Shown here: positions 62,989-64,000 of the stretch, piece by piece
Position numbering within the stretch: position 1 is the first letter of the stretch
Layout: every line of letters begins with the position of its first letter
Assembly (NCBI GenBank): GCA_001770175.1
Contig: MEQK01000154.1
Location: 778 to 64,777 of the forward strand
Direction: 5' to 3'
From: Bdellovibrionales bacterium RIFOXYD1_FULL_55_31
GTDB lineage: Bacteria; Bdellovibrionota; UBA1018
DNA length: 64,000 nt
Translations under genes and position numbers: made by a program
The notes under the pieces: generated by a model
Told to the model about the DNA's origin: nothing
Database searches by the model: none
Seen by the model: only the letters and a program-made list of their open reading frames with translations

Positions 62989-64000
62989 ATGTCGAACATC
63001 AGCCAGCCAAAGAATCAGAAAGTCGTCTTGAAGACGGAAATTCCCGGCCCCAAGAGTCGCGCCCTCATTGAACGCGAAAACCGGCATGTCGCGCCGGGAC
63101 TCCAGCGTTTCGCCCAGATGGCGGGAATCGTCATGAAACAAGGCCGCGGTAATATGATCACGGACGTCGACGGGAACTCCTTCCTCGACATCATCGGCGG
63201 AATCGGCGTGAACGGACTTGGGCACAGCCACCCGAAGTTCGTGAAAGCCCTGAGTGATCAGGTCCAGGAATGTTCAGTCGGGAGCTTCAGTTCAGAACCG
63301 CGAGTGGAATTCTTCGAGCGGCTCGCCGAACACGCGCGGACGCCCCAGCTTCATCGGGCGCAGCTCTATTCGAGCGGCGCCGAAGCCGTTGAATCGGCCC
63401 TGCGCCTCGCCAAGTGCTACACCGGAAAATACGAGTTCGTGAGTTTCTGGGGCGGGTTCCACGGGAAGACCATGGGCGTCCTTTCGCTGATGGGTTCTGA
63501 TTTCAAGGAAAAACTCGGTCCCATGGTGCCGGGCGCGACCATTGCTCCTTATGCCTATTGTTACCGCTGCCCGTTCAAACTGAAATACGAATCCTGCAGC
63601 CTGGCCTGCGCCGAAATCGCGCGCAAGCAGATCAAAATGAACACGACGGGAAACGTCGCCGCCCTGATCGTCGAACCGATGCAGGGTTCCGCGGGTAATA
63701 TCATTCCACCCAATGACTTTCTCCCCGCGCTGAAATCGATCGCGAAGGAAATCGGCGCGCTGCTCATCACGGATGAGATGATCACGGGCTTCGGAAGGAC
63801 CGGCAAATACTGGGGTTCGGAGCACTCGGGTGCCGAACCGGATATCATCACGATCGGCAAGCAGTTCGGCGGCGGCCTTCCGATCAGCGGCGTGATCTCG
63901 CGTGACGAGATCGTTAACGCGAAACCCTGGTCGAATCCTTCGGGCTCCTCTTCGAGCTACGGCGGCAATCCGCTCGCCTCGGCTGCCGCGGCGACCGCCC
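62989..64000 (+). CDS. Class III (GABA/ornithine-type) PLP aminotransferase, 3' end outside window
   Basis: Not in the ORF track because there is no stop before the window end. ATG 62989 follows GAAGGAAG. My translation gives ...GGIGVNGLGHSHP..., LITDEMITGFGRTG and DIITIGKQFGGG (PLP Lys). The minus-strand ORFs 62566..63231 and 63292..63825 are shadows of this gene. Confidence 0.85.
   Translation, partial: MSNISQPKNQKVVLKTEIPGPKSRALIERENRHVAPGLQRFAQMAGIVMKQGRGNMITDVDGNSFLDIIGGIGVNGLGHSHPKFVKALSDQVQECSVGSFSSEPRVEFFERLAEHARTPQLHRAQLYSSGAEAVESALRLAKCYTGKYEFVSFWGGFHGKTMGVLSLMGSDFKEKLGPMVPGATIAPYAYCYRCPFKLKYESCSLACAEIARKQIKMNTTGNVAALIVEPMQGSAGNIIPPNDFLPALKSIAKEIGALLITDEMITGFGRTGKYWGSEHSGAEPDIITIGKQFGGGLPISGVISRDEIVNAKPWSNPSGSSSSYGGNPLASAAAATA

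Noticed and set aside
62566-63825. Two minus-strand ORFs (221 and 177 aa) listed in the track near the window end
   Set aside because: The plus strand encodes GtrA and then an open-ended class III aminotransferase with GxGRTG and PLP-Lys motifs. The aminotransferase is missing from the track only because it has no stop inside the window.

Overview
This is a densely coding, moderately GC-rich (not computed) bacterial chromosomal segment. I count about 60 protein genes and found no rRNA, tRNA, CRISPR array, transposase or integrase by eye. The gene content suggests a Bdellovibrionota/Myxococcota-like organism: an AgmX/PglI-type TonB-like protein, a GltA/B-like outer-membrane barrel, a host-attachment-family protein, a GDYXXLXY/DUF2157 pair, many orphan lipoproteins, and sdhCAB with a b558-type cytochrome. 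That placement is inference only. The main feature is a 14-gene minus-strand cassette (about 18126 down to 2690). It starts at a consensus sigma-54 promoter and encodes a Zn-ribbon protein, a Cys-rich anchor protein and a VWA lipoprotein. A TolQ/TolR/TolR motor follows, then a giant TPR protein, a small secreted protein, a TonB-like bitopic protein, an OM barrel and a helical-repeat protein. It ends with a histidine kinase, a lipoprotein and a sigma-54 activator. I read it as a self-contained Agl-Glt-type (gliding/Nfs-like) trans-envelope machine with its own regulation. Other notable items: a 12-nt tandem repeat at a gene junction that carries SD-ATG modules and the upstream stop codon; a cobalamin riboswitch-btuB-tonB unit with a C-rich triple repeat next to the SD; a divergent pseudo-receiver / XRE-S24 repressor pair separated by nested palindromic operators; a cupredoxin-like membrane protein coupled to an orphan CpaF/VirB11 ATPase; a host-attachment (eRF1-like) and PEBP gene pair; an M48-DUF2157/DUF4401-GDYXXLXY operon; a secreted papain-like peptidase; a pair of diiron ferritin-like proteins; and several candidate leaderless genes. 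Housekeeping genes include argS, sdhCAB, a pullulanase, a SWIM-SNF2 helicase, an RRM RNA-binding protein and thpR. All family calls come from motifs read in the translations; no database search was possible.
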